The notes under the pieces were generated by a model that did no database searches, was not told where the DNA came from, and saw nothing but the letters and a program-made list of their open reading frames with translations. The position numbers and the translations under genes are program-made. A stretch of DNA of 64,000 nt from a virus: positions 32,211 through 96,210 of the IMG/VR virus record IMGVR_UViG_3300010389_000001; one strand, 5' to 3'. Below, piece after piece: positions 1-9,143 of the stretch; position 1 is the first letter of the stretch; the number at the start of each line of letters is the position of its first letter.

Positions 1-1
1 T

Positions 2-166
2 GGCGATACAATTAAGTATAAGCCAACGGGACAGATTGGTATTATAATAAGAGAGCATAATCCTGGCGACTCTGCCGAATCTAGCTATGAGCTAAAGTTA
101 TTGGATCCAGACAAAAAGATTTGGGCTTCCGAGTGCGATATTGAGCTTTTATTTGCCGTGGGCTGA
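2..166 (+). CDS. partial small hypothetical protein (KOW/SH3-like)
   Basis: Open frame from the window edge, GDTIKYKPTGQIGIII...IELLFAVG*, ending in TGA at 164-166. Confidence 0.55.
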   Translation, partial: GDTIKYKPTGQIGIIIREHNPGDSAESSYELKLLDPDKKIWASECDIELLFAVG

Positions 167-168
167 TT

Positions 169-702
169 ATGCTAACCTTAGATTCCTTAAATCCAGATAA
201 GCCTCTCTCTGTTTTTCTTGCAATTGGCTTTGCAGAGAAAGCCTTCCCGGTTTGGGAAAAAGAATATCCTGAGGATATGAGGCCGAGAAGGGCAATCGAA
301 GCAGCTAAGGAGTGGCTAAAGAATCCCTCTGCTGCTGCTGCTAATGATGCTCGTGCTGCTTCTGCTGCTTCTGCTGCTTCTGCTTCTGCTGCTGATGCTG
401 CTGATGCTGCTAATGCTGCTTATGATGCTGCTGCTTATGCTGCTTATGCTGCTGATGCTGCTGCTTATGCTGCTGCTTCTGCTGCTTCTGCTGCTAATGC
501 TGCTTATGCTGCTGCTTATGCTGCTGCTTTAGTAGTAGATAAAGAAATCTTAATCCACGAAGTAATCTTAGAAAACCTAGACTGGATTCTGCAATATAAA
601 ATAGAGAATGAACAAAGCTTTGCTCAACCAGAGTTGGTCTTTGATTACTTAACCGAAGAACAAAAGCAGAGTTTTCTGTTTAATTTAGATGCGGTGGCCT
701 AA
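169..702 (+). CDS. Ala-rich Imm5-like family protein, copy 1
   Basis: FAEKAFPVWEKEYPEDMRPRRAIEAAKEW resembles the Imm5-like domain; GCT-rich Ala tract; C-terminal FLFNLD. Confidence 0.7.
   Translation: MLTLDSLNPDKPLSVFLAIGFAEKAFPVWEKEYPEDMRPRRAIEAAKEWLKNPSAAAANDARAASAASAASASAADAADAANAAYDAAAYAAYAADAAAYAAASAASAANAAYAAAYAAALVVDKEILIHEVILENLDWILQYKIENEQSFAQPELVFDYLTEEQKQSFLFNLDAVA
328..528 (+). repeat. (GCT)n-based coding microsatellite
   Basis: Runs of GCT codons interrupted by TCT/TAT/GAT/AAT. Confidence 0.9.
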
Positions 703-737
703 TTCTAATAATAAAACCATTCGGGGTAGAGGTAATT

Positions 738-962
738 ATGGATCAGGTCATAGGATATATACTAGTTGTTGGTTTCTCATTAGCTTTATCTACAAGTTTT
801 CTTCTTCATGTTTTTGGTTATCTATACGAAAAGCATAAGGATTATACCAGCGGGCACGTTGAGGAGAGAAAGAACTTTAAGTTGCTTCAGGGTGGCGTTC
901 GCACTCCACGCGAGGTTGCCGAAGCCAGTTGCGATTCATGTTCCTGCGGCAAGCATAAATAA
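738..962 (+). CDS. small membrane protein
   Basis: N-terminal hydrophobic helix; GAGG SD; CTAATAAT at 705. Confidence 0.6.
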   Translation: MDQVIGYILVVGFSLALSTSFLLHVFGYLYEKHKDYTSGHVEERKNFKLLQGGVRTPREVAEASCDSCSCGKHK

Positions 963-1072
963 TGACGATGAATCTCATTATTTGAGAGAGCCCCCCGACG
1001 GGCAAAATATTTACATTCATTTCTGCTAATAATTTAAGGCTATTTTGAATAACCACTTTTAGGGAGAATAAA

Positions 1073-1843
1073 ATGCTAAAAGATTTAATTAAAGTATCCA
1101 ACTCCTTGGATTCAAAGGGCTTCCGGAAAGAAGCTGATGAGTTAGATAGAATTATAAGAAAGCTTGCTCAGGACGTTGGCTACCCCGGCGGACTGAATAT
1201 GGAGAACCGATTTGTAGAAATGCCCACTCTTGAGATTGCTACACCTCCAAAGGGAATGTTCCTAATACCTGGTGATAAGACTTATGGCTATGTAATGGAT
1301 GAGGGAAATGCATCTTATACTGCTTATAAGCTGCCAAGAACGAATATAAATGAGACCAATAGATATATAAAGCTTAAGTCAGGGCTTACTGCAAATCTGG
1401 AAGATAGAGTTCTTCCGGCGGCCGGCATTACGACCCCCATGAAAGAGCACCCAGGGAATGTCGACGAGATACCCATGACAAGGTCGGATGAGGAAGAGGC
1501 ATCAACTCCTGAGGTTGATGATCCTTATCTTGCATCAAAGCTTAGACCACTCCTAGAGGCAGTCGAGGCTCAGTATGGCGATGCTCTCAGGATCCCCGAG
1601 GATAATAAAAACGTTAAACAAATTGCAGCCCTTCTAGGCAAGGAGCGCCTTGATATATGGAGAGGAATCTCTACTGCTAAGCTAAAGAGAATTGTTGAAA
1701 AAGCTATCCGCAAAGCCGAAAAGAGCAATGCTTCAGACGATGCTCTTTTCGCCGAAGCTTCAAGAAAAGAAAAGAGAATCTCCAAGATTGCTTCTCTTCT
1801 ATCCGGCGAGTTTAATGGATTGGCAAAGTCTGTAAGGCGATAA
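1073..1843 (+). CDS. hypothetical protein with conserved N-terminal leader module
   Basis: Starts MLKDLIKVSNSLDSKGFRKEADELDRIIRKLA; GGAG SD. Confidence 0.85.
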   Translation: MLKDLIKVSNSLDSKGFRKEADELDRIIRKLAQDVGYPGGLNMENRFVEMPTLEIATPPKGMFLIPGDKTYGYVMDEGNASYTAYKLPRTNINETNRYIKLKSGLTANLEDRVLPAAGITTPMKEHPGNVDEIPMTRSDEEEASTPEVDDPYLASKLRPLLEAVEAQYGDALRIPEDNKNVKQIAALLGKERLDIWRGISTAKLKRIVEKAIRKAEKSNASDDALFAEASRKEKRISKIASLLSGEFNGLAKSVRR

Positions 1844-1878
1844 TCCGGGCAAAATATTTACATTTCTAAATAAAGGTT

Positions 1879-1912
1879 CCCCTCTCAGCAGATTACTGAG
1901 AGGGGTTTTCTT
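1879..1912. terminator. probable bidirectional intrinsic terminator
   Basis: CCCCTCTCAG-cagatta-CTGAGAGGGG followed by a T run, between convergent genes. Confidence 0.7.
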
Positions 1913-1930
1913 TTGTTACCCCGACTTATA

Positions 1931-2359
1931 TCAGTCTTCGTCAGACTCCTCCGGAGCAACAGAAGCTCCAGCCGATTGAACTGCCTCAACCGTAGAAGCA
2001 AGAAGAGAAATAACTTCCTCAAAAGCATCCAGCGGAATTCGAGCGGGCTTAGCTCCCTTGCCACTACGCACCCGGAATGAAACCACTCCGCCCTCACAGC
2101 CAATCGTAGAGCGGATTGTATCGGTCACAGAGGGTTCGGTAGCCTCAGACTCAAAGCCGGCCTCCACGAAGCTCTGAAGGCATTCAACAGCTTCAGCAAA
2201 TTGGGAAACAGGAATAACTTGAGCGCCAGTCCCCTTGCCACGATTCGTAGCAAAAGAAACAACAGGCTGACCCGAATCATCGAGAGAAACAGACATAGTG
2301 GAGCGAACAACCTGAATGGGAGACTCAGTGTTATCGGAACCAAAGATTGCGGTAGACAT
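1931..2359 (-). CDS. hypothetical protein with an internally duplicated domain
   Basis: ATG at 2359 after AAGGAAAG; VVSFATNRGKG..VIPVSQFAEAVECL repeated as VVSFRVRSGKG..RIPLDAFEEVISLL. Confidence 0.8.
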   Translation of the reverse strand: MSTAIFGSDNTESPIQVVRSTMSVSLDDSGQPVVSFATNRGKGTGAQVIPVSQFAEAVECLQSFVEAGFESEATEPSVTDTIRSTIGCEGGVVSFRVRSGKGAKPARIPLDAFEEVISLLASTVEAVQSAGASVAPEESDED

Positions 2360-2400
2360 ATTTTCTTTCCTTTTTAGGGGGGCGGGACCATCCCACACCA

Positions 2401-2430
2401 CCCCATAACCGAGCTAGGATATAGGGCAAG
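2401..2430 (-). promoter_or_regulatory. class A promoter-like motif (TTGC..TATCC..GGTTAT)
   Basis: Reverse complement CTTGCCCTATATCCTAGCTCGGTTATGGGG upstream of the 2359 start. Confidence 0.65.
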
Positions 2431-2735
2431 AAATTTTTTATTTTCATTAGAGAAGGATCTGACAGCTCATTACTCCGCCCAAGGAATCAAAGGAATTATA
2501 ATAAAAATAATTTTTATTATAATTCCCGCAGACCGGGCACCCCGGGGCAAAATGTTTACTTAGCCATCAAAAACTTCTTTAACTTTTTTTACGAACTTAT
2601 TACTCAGCCTTCTGCTAATAATTTATAATATCATGAGATTCAAGGAGTCTCCTTCAGGCTAACTTGGCCGAAGGCAAACTATTTACAAAGGAAATCATTC
2701 AGCCCCCCGTTAGCTGTCTGTAGGAGAAAACAAAA

Positions 2736-3278
2736 ATGATTAAAGATCTAATTCGTTTAGCTAACCATCTAGACTCTATTGGACTTCATAAAGAAGCCGA
2801 TACTTTAGATAAAGTTGCAATTACACTTCAGCCGGATGAGGATTATAATGATGAAATAACAAATGCCGATCCGATAATAGATGCCGCAGAGAACCTTATA
2901 GCCAGGGTAGAGAGGGGCGCAGAAAATGATCCTGCCATCCTCGAAGATGAAAGAGCAAGAGAATCGGCTGGAGATCATCGTCTATATGCGAAACTATATG
3001 AGGAGCTAGAGAGCGGGATATTTAATCTGGCAAAGCATATGGTTGATTCTGGAGGGACAATAGAAGATGTAGCTAGCCAGCTAGAAGATTCAAAAGAAGG
3101 AAGCTTTGGTTATTATTTAGAAAAAGAAATAGTCGAAGAATATGTGCAGGCTCTTATAGATATTGCAAACAAACTCTTTAGAGAAGAGCTTCCCCCCTTC
3201 GAGCTTAAACCAGAGGTCCTAATATCAAAGGCGAATGAAGCTCTAATGTCCGAGCCTTTACCGGAAGCACCCTTCTAG
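2736..3278 (+). CDS. acidic hypothetical protein with leader module
   Basis: MIKDLIRLANHLDSIGLHKEADTLDKVA; AGGAG SD. Confidence 0.85.
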   Translation: MIKDLIRLANHLDSIGLHKEADTLDKVAITLQPDEDYNDEITNADPIIDAAENLIARVERGAENDPAILEDERARESAGDHRLYAKLYEELESGIFNLAKHMVDSGGTIEDVASQLEDSKEGSFGYYLEKEIVEEYVQALIDIANKLFREELPPFELKPEVLISKANEALMSEPLPEAPF

Positions 3279-3331
3279 AAATAATCCCAACCCCCAGGGC
3301 AATTTATTTACAAAAGAACCAACCCCCCATT

Positions 3332-3362
3332 AAAGAAGGATCTAAACCATCCTTCTTTTTTT
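3332..3362 (+). terminator. intrinsic terminator
   Basis: AAAGAAGGAT-ctaaacc-ATCCTTCTTT plus T tract. Confidence 0.65.
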
Positions 3363-3527
3363 CTTGCATCTTATCCCCGCCGGGTTAGGGGAGGGCGAGG
3401 CCCCCGTTAGATGCAACAGTAATAGCACTTAACTGACCATTCTAATGGAAGAAATTCAAACAAACTAAAGATAATCCGATAAAGACTTATCTGGTATTAT
3501 TTAACCAAAAGAAAAGGAGCCCAAGTT

Positions 3528-4067
3528 ATGTCAGACCAAACGAGCCAAAGGTTATTCTATCTTCACAAGGTAGCACCCAACCTCTATTCTCTTTATTCTC
3601 TAAAAACAGACCATCGCATTTTATCCGGAGTGACTCTAGAAGTCGCTTCGGATTTTTTGTTTTTAAATGAGCCGACCCACCCGGCTCTAACTCACGAATG
3701 GATTTCTCAAAAGCTTAATGGAAAGTCCGACAAAGATACCGCTCACCTAACCTTCTCTATCAATAGCCTTCCAAACCCAGATCAAAATGATCTTTCCATT
3801 ATTCCCAGCAATCCTTTTTTCAATCCGCCCGGTTTAGATCTTTGTTCAGACTTAAAAGATTACCATCTTCTAAAGATGGACCCCCTCTATAACTCTATAA
3901 GAACATACAGCAATCATCCCTTAGAGGAAACTTCAATGGAGTCTATGCTTTATAGATTCCTCCAAGAAGAGTTAGAGGCAGATAAGACAAAAAGCTCTCC
4001 CCCCACTAGGGAAGAAGCAAAAGTTATTTCAATGAAGGATTGGAAGACCTTAGACGTAGAAGACTAA
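3528..4067 (+). CDS. hypothetical protein
   Basis: 179-aa ORF with AAGGAG SD; class A motif at 3364. Confidence 0.7.
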   Translation: MSDQTSQRLFYLHKVAPNLYSLYSLKTDHRILSGVTLEVASDFLFLNEPTHPALTHEWISQKLNGKSDKDTAHLTFSINSLPNPDQNDLSIIPSNPFFNPPGLDLCSDLKDYHLLKMDPLYNSIRTYSNHPLEETSMESMLYRFLQEELEADKTKSSPPTREEAKVISMKDWKTLDVED

Positions 4068-4079
4068 GACAACTTTTTC

Positions 4080-4565
4080 TAATTTATTAAGGACCCCTTT
4101 TCTCCCAGGAGCGAAGGGGTCTTTTTTTTGGGGCAAAGAGGGCCTTTTTTTTGAGAATTAGAAGGCCTTTTTTTCTGAGGATCAGAGGGCTATATAATTC
4201 TGGAATAATTCTTGGGGTTTTTAGGGAAATTGGGGAAAGCCACGCAGCGCAGTTTTTCGCTTTTCCCAATTTTCCCCAAATTCCATATAAGTTTTTCCGG
4301 ACCCACTAATCCGGAAAGAGCCTGACCCAAAAAATTTTCTATATATTTTTTTTGGATTTTTCATATAAGCCTATAAGCGCACGCGCGTGCGGACGCGCGA
4401 TAGGGGCGGCCATGGGGCCTGCACGCCGGAAACCGAGGAAAGAAAGCCGGGACCAAAAAAGCCTCTGAGATAATGGGGCCCAGGGCTTTTTGATTTTTGA
4501 TTTGCCGAGGTCTTTGTCCGGAAAAGATAAGAGCCAAACCGCCTGGTCCCCCCGGTCGGTGAGGA
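4080..4565. other. structured non-coding region, candidate replication origin or packaging site
   Basis: About 480 bp without a credible ORF; phased T tracts, several inverted repeats, GC-rich palindromic core at 4377-4400. Confidence 0.4.
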
Positions 4566-4646
4566 TATACTAATTAAGTTTTATTTGATGTTATGTGGGT
4601 TTGGGCATAATGAACAATAACTTATTAGGATAAAGGGAAGCTAAAA

Positions 4647-4781
4647 ATGTTAAAAGACTTAATTAGTTTAGCCAATGCCTTAGGTGAAAATGGCTTAAGA
4701 GCAGAAGCAGATTACTTAGATAAGATTATAGTCTTTCTTTCCGATCATGGGTTTGAGGCCATTGAGCAACTGGGCTATTAA
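4647..4781 (+). CDS. 44-aa protein made almost entirely of the leader module (absent from the ORF track)
   Basis: MLKDLISLANALGENGLRAEADYLDKIIVFLSDHGFEAIEQLGY*, translated by hand. Confidence 0.75.
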   Translation: MLKDLISLANALGENGLRAEADYLDKIIVFLSDHGFEAIEQLGY

Positions 4782-4807
4782 CCCAATACTTAGTACAAGG
4801 GGATAAG

Positions 4808-5905
4808 GTGTTTAACAAGTTAATCAATTTAAAAAAGACTCTATTATCTCTTAACCTTAAGGCTGGAGCCCAAGAGGTTGAGAGGCTAATTAAATTAGCT
4901 GTGCCGATAGAGGCTGTAATATCTCCCGGGGAAACATCCATAAGATATAACGAAGAAGATGAAGATGAGGAACCCGAATGGAAAGATGAAGAGCCCAGAG
5001 TAGAACCTCCTTATGTTTCCGCTTATCCGACGCGGAGATGGTACGGTTCTTTATCCGCTCTCGGAAACTCTGTTATACTTATTCCAATGTCTTTTTCATT
5101 ATTAGAAGAAGATGATATATGGGCTTTATCCAATATCTTTGGACTGGACTATGAATCTGATTCCGCTTCTCTTTTAGAAAAGATAAATGCTTTTTCTGCT
5201 TTTTCATATAAGGCCAAAAATAAGCTTGGAGACAGACATACTCTTAAAGAGCATTATCCAAATCTATGGAAAGCAATATCGGAAATCTTAGCGAAAAAGG
5301 GCTTAAGAGAAGAAGAGGTTATTTATTTAATCTTCGATGAAGATGAGTCTCCAGATCCAAGAATACTTTTGGACCCCGAGTTTTTTGCTCACGACATTGG
5401 ACATATAGATGCAGAGCTTGGCCTTCGTGGCGAAGGATATGAGGTAATGGATCTTTATCATTCTATATGGGGCTTCTTATTCGAAGCATCTAGATTATAT
5501 AAATCTGAAGACGGCGATTCTTTGGCTATTGCCTTAAGCGATGATGAAGATGGGGAGCATTATGATTATGATGATATCAACGAGATGACCCGAAAGTTCT
5601 TTCCTCAAAATGTTTTCAGTGGCGACTACGGCGGTGATCCAAGCGATGAAGTTAACGATGTAATCTCGGCAGCATTAGCGGGAGAGTTAAAGGCAGAAAT
5701 TCCGGAAACGATAACTTTTGAGGACGAGAAATATCATCTAGAAGAATCTAGAAGAGATGATTTGCTCAAACTAATATCTAACTTTAAAGACCAGTTTATG
5801 AAGCTAATTAAAACCAAAGGCTCTGAAGATAAATGGGGTTATAAGGGACCGCTGGGCGAAGCCCGAGGTCATGTTATTGTTTACTCTGTTAACTCTGTTA
5901 ACTAA
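4808..5905 (+). CDS. acidic hypothetical protein with divergent leader module
   Basis: MFNKLINLKKTLLSLNLKAGAQEVERLIKLA; AHDIGH motif. Confidence 0.8.
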   Translation: MFNKLINLKKTLLSLNLKAGAQEVERLIKLAVPIEAVISPGETSIRYNEEDEDEEPEWKDEEPRVEPPYVSAYPTRRWYGSLSALGNSVILIPMSFSLLEEDDIWALSNIFGLDYESDSASLLEKINAFSAFSYKAKNKLGDRHTLKEHYPNLWKAISEILAKKGLREEEVIYLIFDEDESPDPRILLDPEFFAHDIGHIDAELGLRGEGYEVMDLYHSIWGFLFEASRLYKSEDGDSLAIALSDDEDGEHYDYDDINEMTRKFFPQNVFSGDYGGDPSDEVNDVISAALAGELKAEIPETITFEDEKYHLEESRRDDLLKLISNFKDQFMKLIKTKGSEDKWGYKGPLGEARGHVIVYSVNSVN

Positions 5906-6031
5906 GTTTTTATAATTATTCCTTGATCTTAACCAAACCGGCTTGCGCAAGATCAAAGTCTCTATTAATTTTTAAAAATAAGTTATATCATTTATTATGA
6001 TGAACTTTTATTACCTTAGGAGAATTTAAAA

Positions 6032-6652
6032 ATGCTAAAAGAATTAGTAAGGCTAGCTAATGCTTTAGACCAGAGAGGCTTGCAGAAAGAAGCCGATGCT
6101 TTGGACTCAATAATTCAGAAGTCTGCGGCTTCTTGGCCAACAGACGATTATGATTTTTTTGATTTTATAGATGAAACGCGAGATTTTAAAGGGGATGAGT
6201 CTTGGCATCCATCGGATGCCAATAGGGATGAGGCTAAAGAAATATTAGAATTCGACCCTGCAGCTTTCTTTATATATAGATTGCACAAAAGCTACCCAGA
6301 TTTGGGCGAGAAAGCTGTACACAAAATAAAGCCGGGATTCTTTTTTTCCCGAAGACTCGATAAAGATTATCCGGACTTAGCCCAGGAATTTGCAACAAAA
6401 CTTGCTGAATACCCGGGCTATAAAAGGGAATACTTTGACTTAGGTCTGCATGAAAGAGAAGAGTTCGCGGAAGTCACAAAGAAGGCCGCAATAAGTTGGG
6501 CCGAGCATACAATGAATCCGGAAAGAGCATTAAACAGAATGGAAAAGTGGTTTCCCACTACGGTCAAAGCTATCAGAGATAACCTAGCGGATAGCCCGGA
6601 ACTGCTAGAGAAAAAGCCATTCCGCAGACGTAAACGGCAATCCTTAGGATAA
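6032..6652 (+). CDS. hypothetical protein with leader module
   Basis: MLKELVRLANALDQRGLQKEADALDSIIQKSA. Confidence 0.85.
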   Translation: MLKELVRLANALDQRGLQKEADALDSIIQKSAASWPTDDYDFFDFIDETRDFKGDESWHPSDANRDEAKEILEFDPAAFFIYRLHKSYPDLGEKAVHKIKPGFFFSRRLDKDYPDLAQEFATKLAEYPGYKREYFDLGLHEREEFAEVTKKAAISWAEHTMNPERALNRMEKWFPTTVKAIRDNLADSPELLEKKPFRRRKRQSLG

Positions 6653-6730
6653 AGAAACTGCAGACAAGGCAGGCAGATTAAAAAATTTTCGCGCCTGAAT
6701 ACAAACTAGACAAACTTACTAGAGAATAAA

Positions 6731-7399
6731 ATGCTTAAAGATTTAATAAAGTTAGCAAATGATTTAGACTCAAAGGGCTTAAGAAAAGAAGCCGACTATC
6801 TAGATAAGGTTATAAGGAAGCTTTCATCAGACTTAGATCTAGAAAACCCATGGGATTTAGATTATGTGCCAGAGGTAGAGCCGAGGCTTTCGCCCGAGAG
6901 TCTTGAGTCTATAGACCCCAAAATTCCTCTTCAGCATTTCCGTGATTCAAAAGATAACTATATTCGGAACATCAGTCGGGTGTTAGGAGAACTTAAGGAG
7001 GTATGGGGTGATGCGCTTATGAAACCTTGGGCGAAGACGCTGGGCGGGCCTCTATGGTTCTCTGAAGAACCCGGCGAGCAAGGCATCATATGGGATGAGG
7101 TCAAACGCTTCATGGAAAAGATTAAGAATGGACCGGAAGGAGTTGATACTGAACTAACTTACGATTTTGTTATAGGGACACTTGAAGATAAAGAGCAAGA
7201 GAAATTAGGCGAAGCTATAGAAAATCTTTTTAAACAAATCAATAGAGCGAAAGAGGCGGCCAAGACAGCGAGGAAAGAAAGTCTTAAAGCCAAAATTAGG
7301 CAGCATAAAGAAGGATATGACGATGGTCCTCAGGAGACTTTCGAAAAGGAGATGATTGTTCCATCGGGCGCTCCAGACATTGACCATCCCACTTACTAA
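6731..7399 (+). CDS. hypothetical protein with leader module
   Basis: MLKDLIKLANDLDSKGLRKEADYLDKVIRKLS. Confidence 0.85.
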   Translation: MLKDLIKLANDLDSKGLRKEADYLDKVIRKLSSDLDLENPWDLDYVPEVEPRLSPESLESIDPKIPLQHFRDSKDNYIRNISRVLGELKEVWGDALMKPWAKTLGGPLWFSEEPGEQGIIWDEVKRFMEKIKNGPEGVDTELTYDFVIGTLEDKEQEKLGEAIENLFKQINRAKEAAKTARKESLKAKIRQHKEGYDDGPQETFEKEMIVPSGAPDIDHPTY

Positions 7400-7514
7400 T
7401 TGTCGCATTACCTCATGAGAGGGAATGGTGATTCATTCGAGTAGCCCGAGCTTTCCTAAAACATAATGTTTAGACTCCCCGGAGGGGGTAAAAAAAAATC
7501 GTTGCGAAAAACAA

Positions 7515-8513
7515 ATGGACAAACAACTTACAACATTGGCAAAGGCTCTTGAATCTATTGGGTTTCGTAAAGAAGCAAGTAGAATTAGAAAACTGTCTTC
7601 CTTGGCCTCCGAAGAGGGCGGTTCACAAGATTATGGATGGCTTAACTATGGGATTACCGAAGAGATAAAGGCGAGAGTCGGAGAGGCCGCGTTCAACGAA
7701 TTTATAAGATTAAACAGCGACAAGTTTAATGAGTGGTCGCCAAAGAGGTACTTGGGCTCTGGAAAAGTTGGAACTGCCTGGGAAATCGAAGGAAGATGGG
7801 GGAAGCGGGTCTTAAAGATATTTGATGCTGGCGCTTCTTTAAACGATTTTGAAAAATATAAAGCTATCCAAGATGGCTTATGGAGGGGTGAGGGGCATTC
7901 ATCTATGCCAATGGTTTATGGTCTTGGCAAATTAAAGGTTCCTGCCCAGTTCTATAATATTAAATCTCCATCTGAGCATAACAGGCGTTACCCCCAGTTA
8001 GCTTGGGTAATTATGGAAAGAGTGAATACGCCTCAGACAATCGCCGAAGATTATGTTGAACATAATCCCCATTTAATGAACAAAGATGATGGTGATCATA
8101 AAATAAATAAAATTCCAATAGAAGATGTGCCTATTCCTCTGTGGAATTCTTACGAAAAAGATCCTTATGATTCTTTTTTGACTAAATTTGTTACTTATAT
8201 GACTACCCATATAGTATGGGATATGGTCAAGACTTATGATAAGGCCGTAGCTCTCGCAAGAGCCGATGAGGAAGACCCTGAAGATCCCGATGTTTTAGAA
8301 GAAATCAAATGGTCTATGGAGAAAGATATAGAGTGGAGCGAATCTTACGGAGAAGAATCTCTTGGAGCTTTTGAGACGGTGCTTGGGCTCAAGCAAGGAT
8401 GGGAAGAGGAATGGGCCGAAGCTATTATAGCTAACCTAAAAGCGGAACGAGGAGATTTGCACGGATTGAACGTGGGGCTAAGAGGCGGGAAGCCGGTATT
8501 CTTTGATGGTTAA
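7515..8513 (+). CDS. protein-kinase-like fold protein with leader module
   Basis: LGSGKVGTAW Gly-rich loop, VLKI lysine, VIMERV hinge, GDLHGLNV catalytic loop, VFFDG; leader MDKQLTTLAKALESIGFRKEASRIRKLS. Confidence 0.7.
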   Translation: MDKQLTTLAKALESIGFRKEASRIRKLSSLASEEGGSQDYGWLNYGITEEIKARVGEAAFNEFIRLNSDKFNEWSPKRYLGSGKVGTAWEIEGRWGKRVLKIFDAGASLNDFEKYKAIQDGLWRGEGHSSMPMVYGLGKLKVPAQFYNIKSPSEHNRRYPQLAWVIMERVNTPQTIAEDYVEHNPHLMNKDDGDHKINKIPIEDVPIPLWNSYEKDPYDSFLTKFVTYMTTHIVWDMVKTYDKAVALARADEEDPEDPDVLEEIKWSMEKDIEWSESYGEESLGAFETVLGLKQGWEEEWAEAIIANLKAERGDLHGLNVGLRGGKPVFFDG

Positions 8514-8595
8514 GTAGTCGCTGATTATATTATCTTGAATATGCTAATTAATTTATATTCTATGTCATAGACGAAACTAGTAAAAGGAAATCGAG

Positions 8596-9141
8596 ATGAT
8601 CAAAGAATTAATTCATTTAGCTAATGCATTAGACTCAAGAGGTCTGCAGAAACAGGCTAATGCCCTGGACTCTATAATAAGAAAGGTTGCCGAAGAAGAG
8701 GGCGAAAGATTTATAAAGGATATGGCAAGACTAGGCGGCGCTCTTAAAGAGGAGAGTGAAGGTGGCTCTGTGGTCAACTGGTTTCTCAATGGCGCCGATG
8801 CTCCATTTGGCGACGAAGAAGCGATGAGTGAGTATAAACTTAATAATCATATTGGAAAGGCAGAAAAAGATTCTGGCGACAACTGGACTGTAACTGTCTG
8901 GAATCCTGAGTTAGAGTATCCAGTCGAAAGAAGCTATTCTGGAGAAGAGGCCAAAACTTTGGCTGAAGTTGGAATGACTCAAGATATTTTAGAGATGGAA
9001 CCACTAAAGATGGTTCCAGAAGGCTATGAGTTTTCTGACCAAGAAGTTCCTGCCTATGAATCCGGAAGTCTTGATTCGCCAGAAGAGGTGGAAGAGCCTG
9101 ACTTGGGCGTTCCGCCTTACATTAGCGATTTAGGGCTATAA
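8596..9141 (+). CDS. acidic hypothetical protein with leader module
   Basis: MIKELIHLANALDSRGLQKQANALDSIIRKVA. Confidence 0.85.
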   Translation: MIKELIHLANALDSRGLQKQANALDSIIRKVAEEEGERFIKDMARLGGALKEESEGGSVVNWFLNGADAPFGDEEAMSEYKLNNHIGKAEKDSGDNWTVTVWNPELEYPVERSYSGEEAKTLAEVGMTQDILEMEPLKMVPEGYEFSDQEVPAYESGSLDSPEEVEEPDLGVPPYISDLGL

Positions 9142-9143
9142 CT

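Noticed and set aside
344..532. Poly-Leu/Met ORF
   Set aside because: It is an alternative-frame reading of the (GCT)n tract inside 169..702.
4087..4269. 60-aa minus-strand ORF and most other short antisense ORFs in the track
   Set aside because: They are low-complexity or shadow frames of better-supported genes, without SD or motifs.
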